DNA from: a virus
Taxonomy: Duplodnaviria > Caudoviricetes
Length of the DNA stretch: 64,000 nucleotides
Direction: 5' to 3' (one strand)
IMG/VR virus record: IMGVR_UViG_3300028048_000120
Coordinates: 1 to 64,000 of that record
Every line of letters begins with the position of its first letter. Position 1 is the first letter of the stretch. Shown here piece after piece: positions 20,774-29,798 of the stretch. The notes under the pieces are model-generated. The model did not search any database and was not told the DNA's origin. It was given only the letters and a program-made list of their open reading frames with translations. A program made the position numbers and the translations under genes.

Positions 20774-21913
20774 ATGAAAAGTCAGAATATTTCCACTCCT
20801 TTGGTTGTACATACAATATACCAGCCACTATCAGTTGCTATCGCACTGACACCTAGCATGGATGTCAAGCAGTGGTATTATGTTGCATACGACACATACA
20901 AGGAAGACTGGAGCAAGACACCTATGTTCATTGTACCTACGGTAAAGGTTACAGATCCTGAGAATCCAGGTGTGGTCATACAACCTCAATATGATGTAAC
21001 TTGGTATGAGCGTGTGAATGGCATAGACACAAGGGTAACGGATATTGCAGGCAAGCACTATAGCATAAGGCCTGATGATAAAGCATTGATAGTAGCTGAC
21101 AATATACCACTCGGTACGAGTAGCATCATGCTTGTAGCTAAGATAAGATGGACTGATAGCAGAACACTAACGACTTATGATGTGGAAAAGTCTATAGATC
21201 TGGCAATGATTACGGCCACAGATCCTATATTTCACTTATCTGTACTTACAGCTCCAACAATAACATACAATCCTTTCAGAGATTCATCTACCATCAAGTC
21301 ATTGGAGGCACAGGTCACCTATACGAATAATATAGCAAGTAATATAACTTATAAGTGGTACGCTATGAATGATGATGGCACGCTTCGCAATATCAATACA
21401 GAACCATGTCCATACTACGTAAGTGGCCAAGGAACAAATGTGCTTCGCATAGACATGCAATATATCACTAAGCTGACTGTTGTATGCCGTATTGCCAAGG
21501 CAGATGGTACGGAACTTCCACCACAGGAGACAAGAACACTTATATGGGATTTCACAGGAATTGAAACGACGATATATTCAAGAGCCGGGAATGCTATACA
21601 TCCAACATCTATGTCGGAGATGACTTTTGAACCTATCATAAACTATAAGGGTGCCACTATCACAGACAATTCATGGAAGCAGAAAATGTTACTATTATGG
21701 AAAATGAAGAAAACAAATGAGAATGATTATCATAACCTCATAACAAATCCATCTGTAACCGTAAGATCATCCGATCTGGAATCTCAGCAAGGAGTAAATA
21801 CGATAATCAATGCAGACCAACTGTTCCTTGAGGCAAACCAGCTATTGGTAGACGATGAAGGAAAATATATCGTTGATGGAAATGATAAATATGTATTAGG
21901 ACAAAAATATTAA
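20774..21913 (+). CDS. Tail-associated beta-rich protein
   Basis: 379-aa ORF in tail operon. Confidence 0.5.
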   Translation: MKSQNISTPLVVHTIYQPLSVAIALTPSMDVKQWYYVAYDTYKEDWSKTPMFIVPTVKVTDPENPGVVIQPQYDVTWYERVNGIDTRVTDIAGKHYSIRPDDKALIVADNIPLGTSSIMLVAKIRWTDSRTLTTYDVEKSIDLAMITATDPIFHLSVLTAPTITYNPFRDSSTIKSLEAQVTYTNNIASNITYKWYAMNDDGTLRNINTEPCPYYVSGQGTNVLRIDMQYITKLTVVCRIAKADGTELPPQETRTLIWDFTGIETTIYSRAGNAIHPTSMSEMTFEPIINYKGATITDNSWKQKMLLLWKMKKTNENDYHNLITNPSVTVRSSDLESQQGVNTIINADQLFLEANQLLVDDEGKYIVDGNDKYVLGQKY

Positions 21914-21917
21914 TGAT

Positions 21918-22190
21918 ATGGAGAGTTACGCAAACTATTACAGTGCAAGCAAGGATATTGCTGCAAGGATAAACATTATAGGTCAAAGGTATATTACCAA
22001 GGATGGAAGGTATATATTATCATCTCATGACCTGATGGCAGTAGAATTCAAGCCTGAGGAATATGTCAATGGTCTTGATGTGAAAATGCTTACAGAAGAT
22101 GAGGCTGACCGTCTTATAAGTGAGAACGGGAGACGCTTTGATAATCCTATAGTAGAATCTGACGAAAGAGAAGAGGAGGAACAGAAATGA
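21918..22190 (+). CDS. Hypothetical protein (tail operon)
   Basis: 90-aa coupled ORF. Confidence 0.5.
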   Translation: MESYANYYSASKDIAARINIIGQRYITKDGRYILSSHDLMAVEFKPEEYVNGLDVKMLTEDEADRLISENGRRFDNPIVESDEREEEEQK

Positions 22191-23299
22191 GCATAGTAAC
22201 GAACAAATTCTTCATCAGCGCAGTAGATGACGGAAGTACGATGACGGCTACGTTATCCAAAAATATGGCGCTATCACAATCCTATTCGCCTAATAATGGT
22301 GGAGTATGGATGCCTAACTTCACGACTGATAGTCCTATACTGACTCCATACATTCTTAAAGGAGCTACAAGAGTGCAGCCAACGACGCAGAATTGGTATT
22401 GCAATGGAATTCTTTTGGAATTCGATACTACGACAAAGAAATGTACAACACCAAGATATGTAAACGTATTTCAACTTATCACTGATGCAAACGGATACGA
22501 ATGCCTTAAAATAATTGACAACCTTGCCAAACCGGGTAACCTCGATGCGGATAGCATCATGCTGAAAGGTACAGTAGAATTTAACGGAGCACAGGTAGAA
22601 TTTGCCGTGAGAGAGACTATCATGCTGACAGAAGTACAAGGTAACGGATATTCTTCGACTTTTACTTTTAGCCCAAGCAATACGATTACTGAGCGAGGCC
22701 AGACAATAACGATAACAGGAAAGCTATATGCCAACGGAGCTGAATATACAGGAAATTATGACTGCAATTGGTATCTCAATGATTCATCAACTGTTTCCGC
22801 AACAGGAAAGACACTCACTCTACAGGAAGCCAATGTGGTGGACTATGTCGTAATAAAATGTGAATTTATAATAGTAGGTACGGAGAGAACTAAGGTGTTG
22901 ACAAGCTATACCTCTGTAGATGATGCCAGCGATAATGACCAGATGCAAGTATCGTGCAATATCAGAGGGCAGGGAACTAACAATGGTAACTCGGCAACAT
23001 TGCACGCTGATCAGATAGCTGATATTAAGTTTTGGATGGCTTACGAGACGAACAAGGCTATAGGATCGAATAATAAATTCACGACGTATTCCGTGAAATT
23101 GTTCAACACAAAGATGGAGAGCAATATCGGTGCTCAGTCAATAAACACTATCGTGCTTGGTAGTGATGGATCTGATGGCTACAAGAATGTGACAACGACA
23201 GATAGTGATACAGGTGTACCTATAGGAAGTCTATCCGTATCTTATGATAACGTGATACAATGTGGAGGTAACATAAGTGGAATTTTAAAAGCACAATAA
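22187..23299 (+). CDS. Tail-associated Ig-like/beta-rich protein
   Basis: 370 aa, Thr/Asn/Val-rich. Confidence 0.5.
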   Translation: MSIVTNKFFISAVDDGSTMTATLSKNMALSQSYSPNNGGVWMPNFTTDSPILTPYILKGATRVQPTTQNWYCNGILLEFDTTTKKCTTPRYVNVFQLITDANGYECLKIIDNLAKPGNLDADSIMLKGTVEFNGAQVEFAVRETIMLTEVQGNGYSSTFTFSPSNTITERGQTITITGKLYANGAEYTGNYDCNWYLNDSSTVSATGKTLTLQEANVVDYVVIKCEFIIVGTERTKVLTSYTSVDDASDNDQMQVSCNIRGQGTNNGNSATLHADQIADIKFWMAYETNKAIGSNNKFTTYSVKLFNTKMESNIGAQSINTIVLGSDGSDGYKNVTTTDSDTGVPIGSLSVSYDNVIQCGGNISGILKAQ

Positions 23300-25485
23300 T
23301 GAAAAAGACGGTAACAGGCACTTTCAGCGTAACGGCAGTCAAAGACGGTGCCAAAGGAGACAAAGGAGACAAGGGTGATCAAGGTATCCGTGGCTTGCAG
23401 GGCTTGCAAGGCGAGAAAGGCGACCAAGGAATCCAAGGTCCGAAGGGCGAGAAAGGCGACACTGGTGCTGCTGGTAAGGATGGCGTGAGCACCTACTTCC
23501 ATATTGCATACGCTGACAATGCAACAGGCGGAGGGTTTTCTCAGAACCCAACCGGAAAGAATTATATCGGCACGTATGTAGACCATACGGCCACGGACTC
23601 CACGAACCCCTCTGCCTACAAATGGCAGCTTGTAAAAGGTGCGCAAGGCGAGAAGGGTGACAAGGGTATTCCCGGCACGAACGGAAACGACGGAAAGACT
23701 TCATATTTGCATATTGCCTATGCTAACTCGGCAGACGGAAAGACCGGGTTCGATGTTAGCAACAGCACGGGAAAACTCTATATTGGCCAGTATGTTGATT
23801 TCACAGAATCGGATTCCAACGACCCGACGAAATACTCTTGGACGAAGATAAAGGGAGACAAAGGAGACACTCCACCAATGTATTCTTTAGAAGCATCTTC
23901 GGGAAATAATGATATTGGAAATGATTCTCATATCGCATGTAACGGGCAAATATTACAAACGGCAATCGGACGTGGACATTGGTGTTATTTCATTACAGGC
24001 GGGACTAATCCTGTCGTAGCATTCTCAAGGAATTATGATACATGGGGAACGCCATCATTGGCAACGGACTTGGCAAATTTTCTAACAGGTGACGAAGCTG
24101 CTGCGTACGCTAATGGCGTATTGGTGATTGTCGGATATGACGCAATATCGGTAAACGATGATTTACGGCAAGCATTGAGGAGCTATGGCTATGGAGGGGA
24201 AAACCTACTGTATAATGTAGGGCCAACAAGAGAATCTTTTGTCTTCATCGGACAAAAAGGTATGACAGAAGGAACTGCGTATTACAAAATGTCGAAAAAC
24301 ACGAAAGTAAGTCTTACGGCATCTGTTTCAAATGGGGTTCTTATCGGTATGGGCCATAAAGGTGACAAGGGCGATACCGGTAGCACAGGGCCTATTATGT
24401 ACAATGCAGGAACATGGTCTAGCAATACGCAGTATACCAATAACGGGAAGGCTACCCCTATGGTGATGACAGAATCCTCTAGTGGTGGTATCACCTCACG
24501 TAATTACTGGTATCTTCCTAATGTCGGATCTAGTACCAATCAAGATCCAAGAAATGGAGCACCATGGGAAGAGGTAACAGGATATGCTGCACTCTTTGCA
24601 GAAATGGCCATCATTAACGGAGGTACTCTCAATGATGCAGTGTTCAAGGACGGATGGATGTTCAGCAAGGCAGGAAGATATATGAGTAACGAAAGTTACG
24701 TCTATACAACATATAACGATACCAACTGGACGAATTTTGACCCAACTGTATATAACAGCTCGGATGAGGCTTTATGGAGGCCACTTGTAGCTATAGACTT
24801 CAGAAATGGAAAGGCTTATTATACCGATTCAATTAATGCCACAGGAGGAGAGTTTAATGGTAATTTTTCCGCTTATAGAAATCGTATCATATTAGGGAAA
24901 ATCAAAGCCAACTCTTATGCTGACTCAGATTTGTATGGGATTCGTTTCAGTGACTCTCATGAAACAGAATGTGGATCTATTGATCAATTTACAGATTCTA
25001 ATGTATCACAATGCGCTTTAACTTTAACAGCAAACGATTATTCCTCATCAAGCCCTCAGGAAATTGGCAGACTTGATATAGTACCTACAACTGGTATAGC
25101 GCACACAGCATCAGGTTCGTTTTCTCTCTTGCAGAATTGGAGTATTGGAAAATATGGAGACTGTCTCGGATTAAAATCGAGTACACTTGTAATTCGTTCT
25201 TCAGATTCCTTCGATATAACATCAGGAGATAGTGGGACATTCTACGTTTTTGACAATGACCATGATTTAACCATTAATCTTCCAGAAGAATCACTTGACG
25301 GATTCACATTTGAGTTTAAGGCAATAAATCACCCAATAAATTTGAAAGTAAAAAATAATTCACATAGAATCGTTTTCCAAGACGCAGCACATAGCAATAG
25401 AACAGAACATAGAATAGAAGATTCTGTTCCACGTAAATATATCTACGTACGAGGTAGATGGTTTGAAATGAGTTATCATCATTAA
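23299..25485 (+). CDS. Tail fibre with collagen-like repeats, two HIAYA-type repeats and an ILEI/PANDER-like domain
   Basis: Gly-X-Y runs; YFHIAYADN...KWQLVKG and YLHIAYANS...SWTKIKG repeats; RGH...YDT...VIVGYD...RESFVFIGQKG pattern. Confidence 0.75.
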   Translation: MKKTVTGTFSVTAVKDGAKGDKGDKGDQGIRGLQGLQGEKGDQGIQGPKGEKGDTGAAGKDGVSTYFHIAYADNATGGGFSQNPTGKNYIGTYVDHTATDSTNPSAYKWQLVKGAQGEKGDKGIPGTNGNDGKTSYLHIAYANSADGKTGFDVSNSTGKLYIGQYVDFTESDSNDPTKYSWTKIKGDKGDTPPMYSLEASSGNNDIGNDSHIACNGQILQTAIGRGHWCYFITGGTNPVVAFSRNYDTWGTPSLATDLANFLTGDEAAAYANGVLVIVGYDAISVNDDLRQALRSYGYGGENLLYNVGPTRESFVFIGQKGMTEGTAYYKMSKNTKVSLTASVSNGVLIGMGHKGDKGDTGSTGPIMYNAGTWSSNTQYTNNGKATPMVMTESSSGGITSRNYWYLPNVGSSTNQDPRNGAPWEEVTGYAALFAEMAIINGGTLNDAVFKDGWMFSKAGRYMSNESYVYTTYNDTNWTNFDPTVYNSSDEALWRPLVAIDFRNGKAYYTDSINATGGEFNGNFSAYRNRIILGKIKANSYADSDLYGIRFSDSHETECGSIDQFTDSNVSQCALTLTANDYSSSSPQEIGRLDIVPTTGIAHTASGSFSLLQNWSIGKYGDCLGLKSSTLVIRSSDSFDITSGDSGTFYVFDNDHDLTINLPEESLDGFTFEFKAINHPINLKVKNNSHRIVFQDAAHSNRTEHRIEDSVPRKYIYVRGRWFEMSYHH

Positions 25486-25500
25486 TTAAAAAATACAATT

Positions 25501-26058
25501 ATGACAGCAACAACGAATTTAAGTGCAGCGCTCAAGACAATAGATGCTGCAGTAGAACATAACGAGACACCTTCAGACGGCTTATATGTAGAACTTCACA
25601 ATGCTGATGGCAGTATAGCCTGCAAGAGCACCTTGACGGAGTTTCTGGCCAGTGCTGCAAAAGCTATATTATCTACCAATACGCTGTCTACAGCAACAAA
25701 GATAGCTGCTGTAGACGGAAATACATTCGGTGGAATAGACGGAAATAATCTCGCAACACTTATGGCGGGGAAATGGAAATACCTTTATTTAAATAAAGGT
25801 CAAACGTATTATCCATTAGAAAAAGGAATTTATGTATTGCATGAATTATCAAATGGAGAATATCATATATTTATTGCATCAGGATGGCTTTTTGGATCAA
25901 ATAAGATATTTGGTTCTGGAGCATATATAAGATATAGTGAGCAAGATGACAACAATAACTATGGAATGGTCATCTTGCCAGGCACAAGTGAAGATAAACG
26001 ATTAAGAATATCTGCACATATGAACACCCAATTGCAATTCAAACTTTTGGCATTCTAG
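25501..26058 (+). CDS. Tail-tip protein with switchable C-terminus (orientation 1)
   Basis: Residues HNADG...LMAGK are encoded inside the 179-bp inverted repeat. Confidence 0.7.
   Translation: MTATTNLSAALKTIDAAVEHNETPSDGLYVELHNADGSIACKSTLTEFLASAAKAILSTNTLSTATKIAAVDGNTFGGIDGNNLATLMAGKWKYLYLNKGQTYYPLEKGIYVLHELSNGEYHIFIASGWLFGSNKIFGSGAYIRYSEQDDNNNYGMVILPGTSEDKRLRISAHMNTQLQFKLLAF
25596..25774 (+). repeat. Left arm of perfect 179-bp inverted repeat
   Basis: Exact reverse complement of 26321..26499, checked base by base. Confidence 0.95.
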
Positions 26059-26499
26059 ATGATTGATAATTGTCTACATAGAATTTCAGAATTTCTTTTG
26101 TTTTCTACATTAGCAACTCCTCTATTGATGGTAAGTGATATATACAACCCTTGGAGTTGCTCTTGTATGGAAGTACTAATTATAACATAAGAACTATAAA
26201 GTATTTCCACAATGGCATAATTTTGCCCCCCATCGAACAACATCATCAGTAGCCCATACGTAGCGTTTGGTATTACAGCAGATTCTTTTCCCGGTATTCT
26301 TACGAATGTAGAAGGTTGTAATTTCCCCGCCATAAGTGTTGCGAGATTATTTCCGTCTATTCCACCGAATGTATTTCCGTCTACAGCAGCTATCTTTGTT
26401 GCTGTAGACAGCGTATTGGTAGATAATATAGCTTTTGCAGCACTGGCCAGAAACTCCGTCAAGGTGCTCTTGCAGGCTATACTGCCATCAGCATTGTGA
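26055..26499 (-). other. Silent alternative C-terminal cassette for the tail-tip gene
   Basis: Shares the repeat-encoded segment then a different C-terminus (LQPSTFVRIPGK...LSII); the listed start is a TTG just outside the repeat with no N-terminal domain. Confidence 0.7.
26321..26499 (-). repeat. Right arm of perfect 179-bp inverted repeat
   Basis: Exact reverse complement of 25596..25774. Confidence 0.95.
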
Positions 26500-26569
26500 G
26501 AAATAAGGGCCAATTATTAAAAATATTTAAAATTACCAATTAAAGAGAACAATTTACTGATATGTGATA

Positions 26570-26577
26570 TATATTTG
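26570..26577 (+). promoter_or_regulatory. -7 box (TATATTTG) for membrane protein-HTH pair
   Basis: TAnnTTTG match. Confidence 0.5.
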
Positions 26578-26621
26578 CGTATATAATAATGTGTAACTTA
26601 ATAATCAAAAAATATTTTATA

Positions 26622-27041
26622 ATGACAAGATTAAGAGATCATGAACCTACGCTCCTACAGAAAGAACGTATGAAACTGGAAACACGCTATCTTACTTTTT
26701 CGATTTCAATTTTTCACGCCATCTATGTACTCAACTTGGTATCTAACGGACTACCTCCAAGATGCCCCGATTTTGGTTCTATACTTGTGTATATGGCATT
26801 ACTTCTCATCAACATACATTTATATGATGAGAGTAAGTGCTATTACTATTGTTACTGGCATAGACACCCAATATTGTTCTCTATATATTATGAGATAACG
26901 AGGATATTATTCTCGCTTGGAATCATTAAATGGGATGTTGTAACATGGAATAGTATAGACGTTATAATGTTAGCAGCAATATACGTAACATGGGTAGTTG
27001 GATATATGGCTCATAGCCACTTAATAATCAGGATAAGATGA
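26622..27041 (+). CDS. Multi-pass membrane protein with CxxHR motif (likely start 26622)
   Basis: YYYCYWHRH motif and hydrophobic segments; counterpart of 60951..61343. Confidence 0.65.
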   Translation: MTRLRDHEPTLLQKERMKLETRYLTFSISIFHAIYVLNLVSNGLPPRCPDFGSILVYMALLLINIHLYDESKCYYYCYWHRHPILFSIYYEITRILFSLGIIKWDVVTWNSIDVIMLAAIYVTWVVGYMAHSHLIIRIR

Positions 27042-27343
27042 GTAGGAAGAGCATAGTTGTGAAGATGTTGAGAACCCTTGCTGACAATATAGAGAATGGC
27101 GAACAAAGTAAATATAATTCAAATCTTACGGATGACGAGATAGATATTCTACTGAATGATTATGCGAGAATGAATGACGAGAAATTAAACAAAGTACATG
27201 CGTGTAGGTTTTTGAACATGAGTCGTGCAACATTTGACAGACGTATAGCAGAGGGAAAGATACCGAGAGGTAAGAAAGAAGCAGGATGGAAGGAACTGTA
27301 CTGGTCTAAGCGAGAACTTGAGCAACTTATTACTCACGATTAA
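27038..27343 (+). CDS. AlpA/excisionase-like winged-HTH protein
   Basis: ACRFLNMSRATFDRRIAEGKIPRG..GWKELYW; homolog of 60597..60890. Confidence 0.75.
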   Translation: MSRKSIVVKMLRTLADNIENGEQSKYNSNLTDDEIDILLNDYARMNDEKLNKVHACRFLNMSRATFDRRIAEGKIPRGKKEAGWKELYWSKRELEQLITHD

Positions 27344-27365
27344 TTCTATAGATACCATATATTTC

Positions 27366-27402
27366 AACGGTTTGAGCATTGTTTCCGCTCGGGCCGTTTT
27401 TT
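27366..27402 (+). terminator. Intrinsic terminator
   Basis: aacggtttgagc/gctcgggccgtt stem plus T tract. Confidence 0.7.
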
Positions 27403-27405
27403 ATT

Positions 27406-27427
27406 TACTTTTGGCATGTAACGTTAC
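27406..27427 (+). promoter_or_regulatory. -7 box TACTTTTG plus palindrome gtaacgttac
   Basis: TAnnTTTG at 27406-27413; perfect 10-bp palindrome at 27418-27427. Confidence 0.6.
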
Positions 27428-27430
27428 GAC

Positions 27431-28111
27431 ATGTTTAACCTTTTAAAAACCAAAAGTATGGACGGAAACAACCTTTCTTATGCTGATTTTGCTGCCATGG
27501 CCAATAATGGTGCCAATGGTCAGTGGAATAATCCATTCATCTACTTGTTGTGGATGATGTTCTTTGGTGGTGGTGGCTTCGGGTTCAGAGGTAACGGACC
27601 AGGCGTTGGACCTCAGGTGCAGAATCTGCAAGATCTTATCCAAGACAACCACAACAGTGATTTGACGATGCAGGCTATTAACGGCAACACCGCTGCAATA
27701 ACCCAGCTAGCCAACCTTCTGAACACTAGCACGGATAACATCACGGCAGCTATAAACGCTATGTCACAGAACATGCAGAATAATTGCTGCCAAGTGAAGA
27801 GTGCTATCTTGGAGCAGGGTTATCAAAATCAACTAGCGAACTGTCAGCAGACAAACACCATCTTGCAGCAGGCGCAAGCATTACAGAATTCTATCACTAA
27901 CGGGTTCACACAGATAGGATTCCAGTTGGAGCGCAATGCATGTGATGTAAAGCAGACTTCTACAGAAAACACACAGAGAATTATTGACACCCTAAACAGC
28001 CACTGGACATCAGAGCAACAGGGTATTATCAACTCTCTGAACGCAAAGGTAGCGAGCATGGAGCAGACACAAGCTATTATCTCTGCGCTTAAGCCTGCAG
28101 CAACCACTTAA
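27431..28111 (+). CDS. Conserved phage protein of unknown function (aromatic TM + Gly-rich N-terminus, Gln/Asn-rich coiled coil, CC motif)
   Basis: PFIYLLWMMFFGGGGFG, QAING, NCCQ, NQLANCQQTN; homolog of 58689..59615. Confidence 0.75.
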   Translation: MFNLLKTKSMDGNNLSYADFAAMANNGANGQWNNPFIYLLWMMFFGGGGFGFRGNGPGVGPQVQNLQDLIQDNHNSDLTMQAINGNTAAITQLANLLNTSTDNITAAINAMSQNMQNNCCQVKSAILEQGYQNQLANCQQTNTILQQAQALQNSITNGFTQIGFQLERNACDVKQTSTENTQRIIDTLNSHWTSEQQGIINSLNAKVASMEQTQAIISALKPAATT

Positions 28112-28227
28112 CAAGAGTATTTTATTTCCATCTCGATTGGCTGCACATAAGGAGTTATATCCAATATCATATGGATATTGATACTATCTTTGTGCAGCCA
28201 TGTAAGTATAATCAACATATAAGAACT

Positions 28228-28473
28228 ATGGCAAGTATAACGGACACAATAGAGAAAATTATGATAGAGCATAAGGAGAACAACAATGATAAGTTACAGG
28301 AACAGTTGATGAGGCTTAAAGAGGAACTCCATGAGACCGTGCAATGCCTTGACAACTGTCTTCAAGCTCTACGCCGAATACGCTTGCGCATTAAAGATAA
28401 AGGCTATGAAGAAGGAATGGAACGAGATAAGGGAGAGAATCCTGAAGGATCAGAGCGAAGAAGATTTGCGTAA
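28228..28473 (+). CDS. Small coiled-coil protein (likely start 28228)
   Basis: -7 box TATCTTTG at 28185-28192; positional counterpart of 57590..57790. Confidence 0.55.
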   Translation: MASITDTIEKIMIEHKENNNDKLQEQLMRLKEELHETVQCLDNCLQALRRIRLRIKDKGYEEGMERDKGENPEGSERRRFA

Positions 28474-28894
28474 GATGCTGGGTGCCGTCATGGACGTCAT
28501 GGAGGCACATTGGACGGAAGACAAGCAATTCGACTTCATGAAAAGAGTCCATTACAGAATGTATGGAGGACACTACGACGAATTCCTAGCCATGCAACAG
28601 GTAAGGCACATGTATTGGGAAGACGATAACAGTAACATTCATTACGTTACTCCACTACCTCTAGAACAGGTAAGAACGATATACCAGCGAGTATACAATA
28701 GGTTGAAATATAAGACCTACAATATGTATGACTTCTATGTGGAACTGCACAGAATCAAGTCTGACAGATATCCTAAGGCTACGGACATCACGGACGAGAT
28801 GATTCAGGACACCATCGTATCGCTCAATGATCCTGACAACCCATTTGGGCTGGAAAGAGTTTGGGGATATTTTAACTCTGAAATTAAGAAATAG
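28406..28894 (+). CDS. Conserved hypothetical protein (likely start 28406)
   Basis: YGGHYD..MY..YDFYV..SD..NDPD motifs shared with 57121..57537. Confidence 0.65.
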   Translation: MKKEWNEIRERILKDQSEEDLRKMLGAVMDVMEAHWTEDKQFDFMKRVHYRMYGGHYDEFLAMQQVRHMYWEDDNSNIHYVTPLPLEQVRTIYQRVYNRLKYKTYNMYDFYVELHRIKSDRYPKATDITDEMIQDTIVSLNDPDNPFGLERVWGYFNSEIKK

Positions 28895-28896
28895 AT

Positions 28897-29370
28897 ATGA
28901 ATGACATTAAGAGTCTCTTGGTATGGGGTGGAGGAGCATTACTTACAATGCTCTCACCCATTAAGGATTTTATGCTGGCCGTGATGATCCTTTTTATTTT
29001 AGATTTCACGTTCGGTGTAATAGCCGACAAGTTCAATGGCGAGAAATGGGAATGGGACAAAGCAAAGAACTTTTTCAAGAATGTGTTCTACTGCTGCGTT
29101 ATCATCGTATCCCTGTTCGTGATAGGCTATTTCCTGCACGAGGCAGTTGCAGCGGAATATGCGGTTAAGACATTCTGCCTAGCTGCATTCGTCATTTTCT
29201 TTACGAAGATTGTCAAGAACTGGAGGAAATGCCTAGTACCGGGTACGGAATGGTATAAGCTAGCCGACTTCCTGTATTATCTATTGAGCTTCAGTATTGT
29301 AGACCGACTAAAGGTATACAAGGATTACCAGAAGTTCAAGGAAGATAACGGAAAGGAGGAAAAGAAATGA
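28897..29370 (+). CDS. Holin
   Basis: Several TM segments, basic C-terminus, overlaps lysozyme start. Confidence 0.7.
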   Translation: MNDIKSLLVWGGGALLTMLSPIKDFMLAVMILFILDFTFGVIADKFNGEKWEWDKAKNFFKNVFYCCVIIVSLFVIGYFLHEAVAAEYAVKTFCLAAFVIFFTKIVKNWRKCLVPGTEWYKLADFLYYLLSFSIVDRLKVYKDYQKFKEDNGKEEKK

Positions 29371-29798
29371 ACCCAAGCAAGACCCTTATAGATCACATAA
29401 AACAGGCGGAAGGTTTCAGTGAGAAAGCATACTGGGACCAAGACGGAGGTGTGTGGACGATTGGATACGGGCATACTAGATCTGTGAAAAGAGGAGATGT
29501 AGTATCGAAGTCGGAAGCGGAGAGGCTCATCGTATCTGACTTAAAGAATGTAACAGCGTACCTCAGCACCATAAAAGAGATAAATACCCAAGGCAAGTTT
29601 GATGCCTGTGCAGATTTCTGTTTTAATATCGGCACGGGAGCCTTTAAATCATCTACACTACTGAAGTTGATAAAAACCGGTGCTCCTGACAAGGATATAC
29701 AAGCACAATTCCGCAGATGGGTGTATTCAGGAGGAAAGAAGTTACCAGGATTAGTAACAAGAAGAGGATGGGAGGCAAAGAGATGGGCAGAACGATGA
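29367..29798 (+). CDS. Endolysin, GH24 phage lysozyme
   Basis: EGFSEKAYWD..GVWTIGYGHT; FDACADFCFNIG; LPGLVTRR. Confidence 0.92.
   Translation: MNPSKTLIDHIKQAEGFSEKAYWDQDGGVWTIGYGHTRSVKRGDVVSKSEAERLIVSDLKNVTAYLSTIKEINTQGKFDACADFCFNIGTGAFKSSTLLKLIKTGAPDKDIQAQFRRWVYSGGKKLPGLVTRRGWEAKRWAER

Noticed and set aside
462-25498. Many short antisense or out-of-frame ORFs nested in long genes (for example 462..1082, 4311..4829, 14916..15269, 23242..23646)
   Set aside because: Shadow frames of long coding genes with no motifs or promoters
26055-26513. Independent gene starting at TTG 26513
   Set aside because: The start lies just outside the inverted repeat and lacks the N-terminal domain; better explained as a silent cassette
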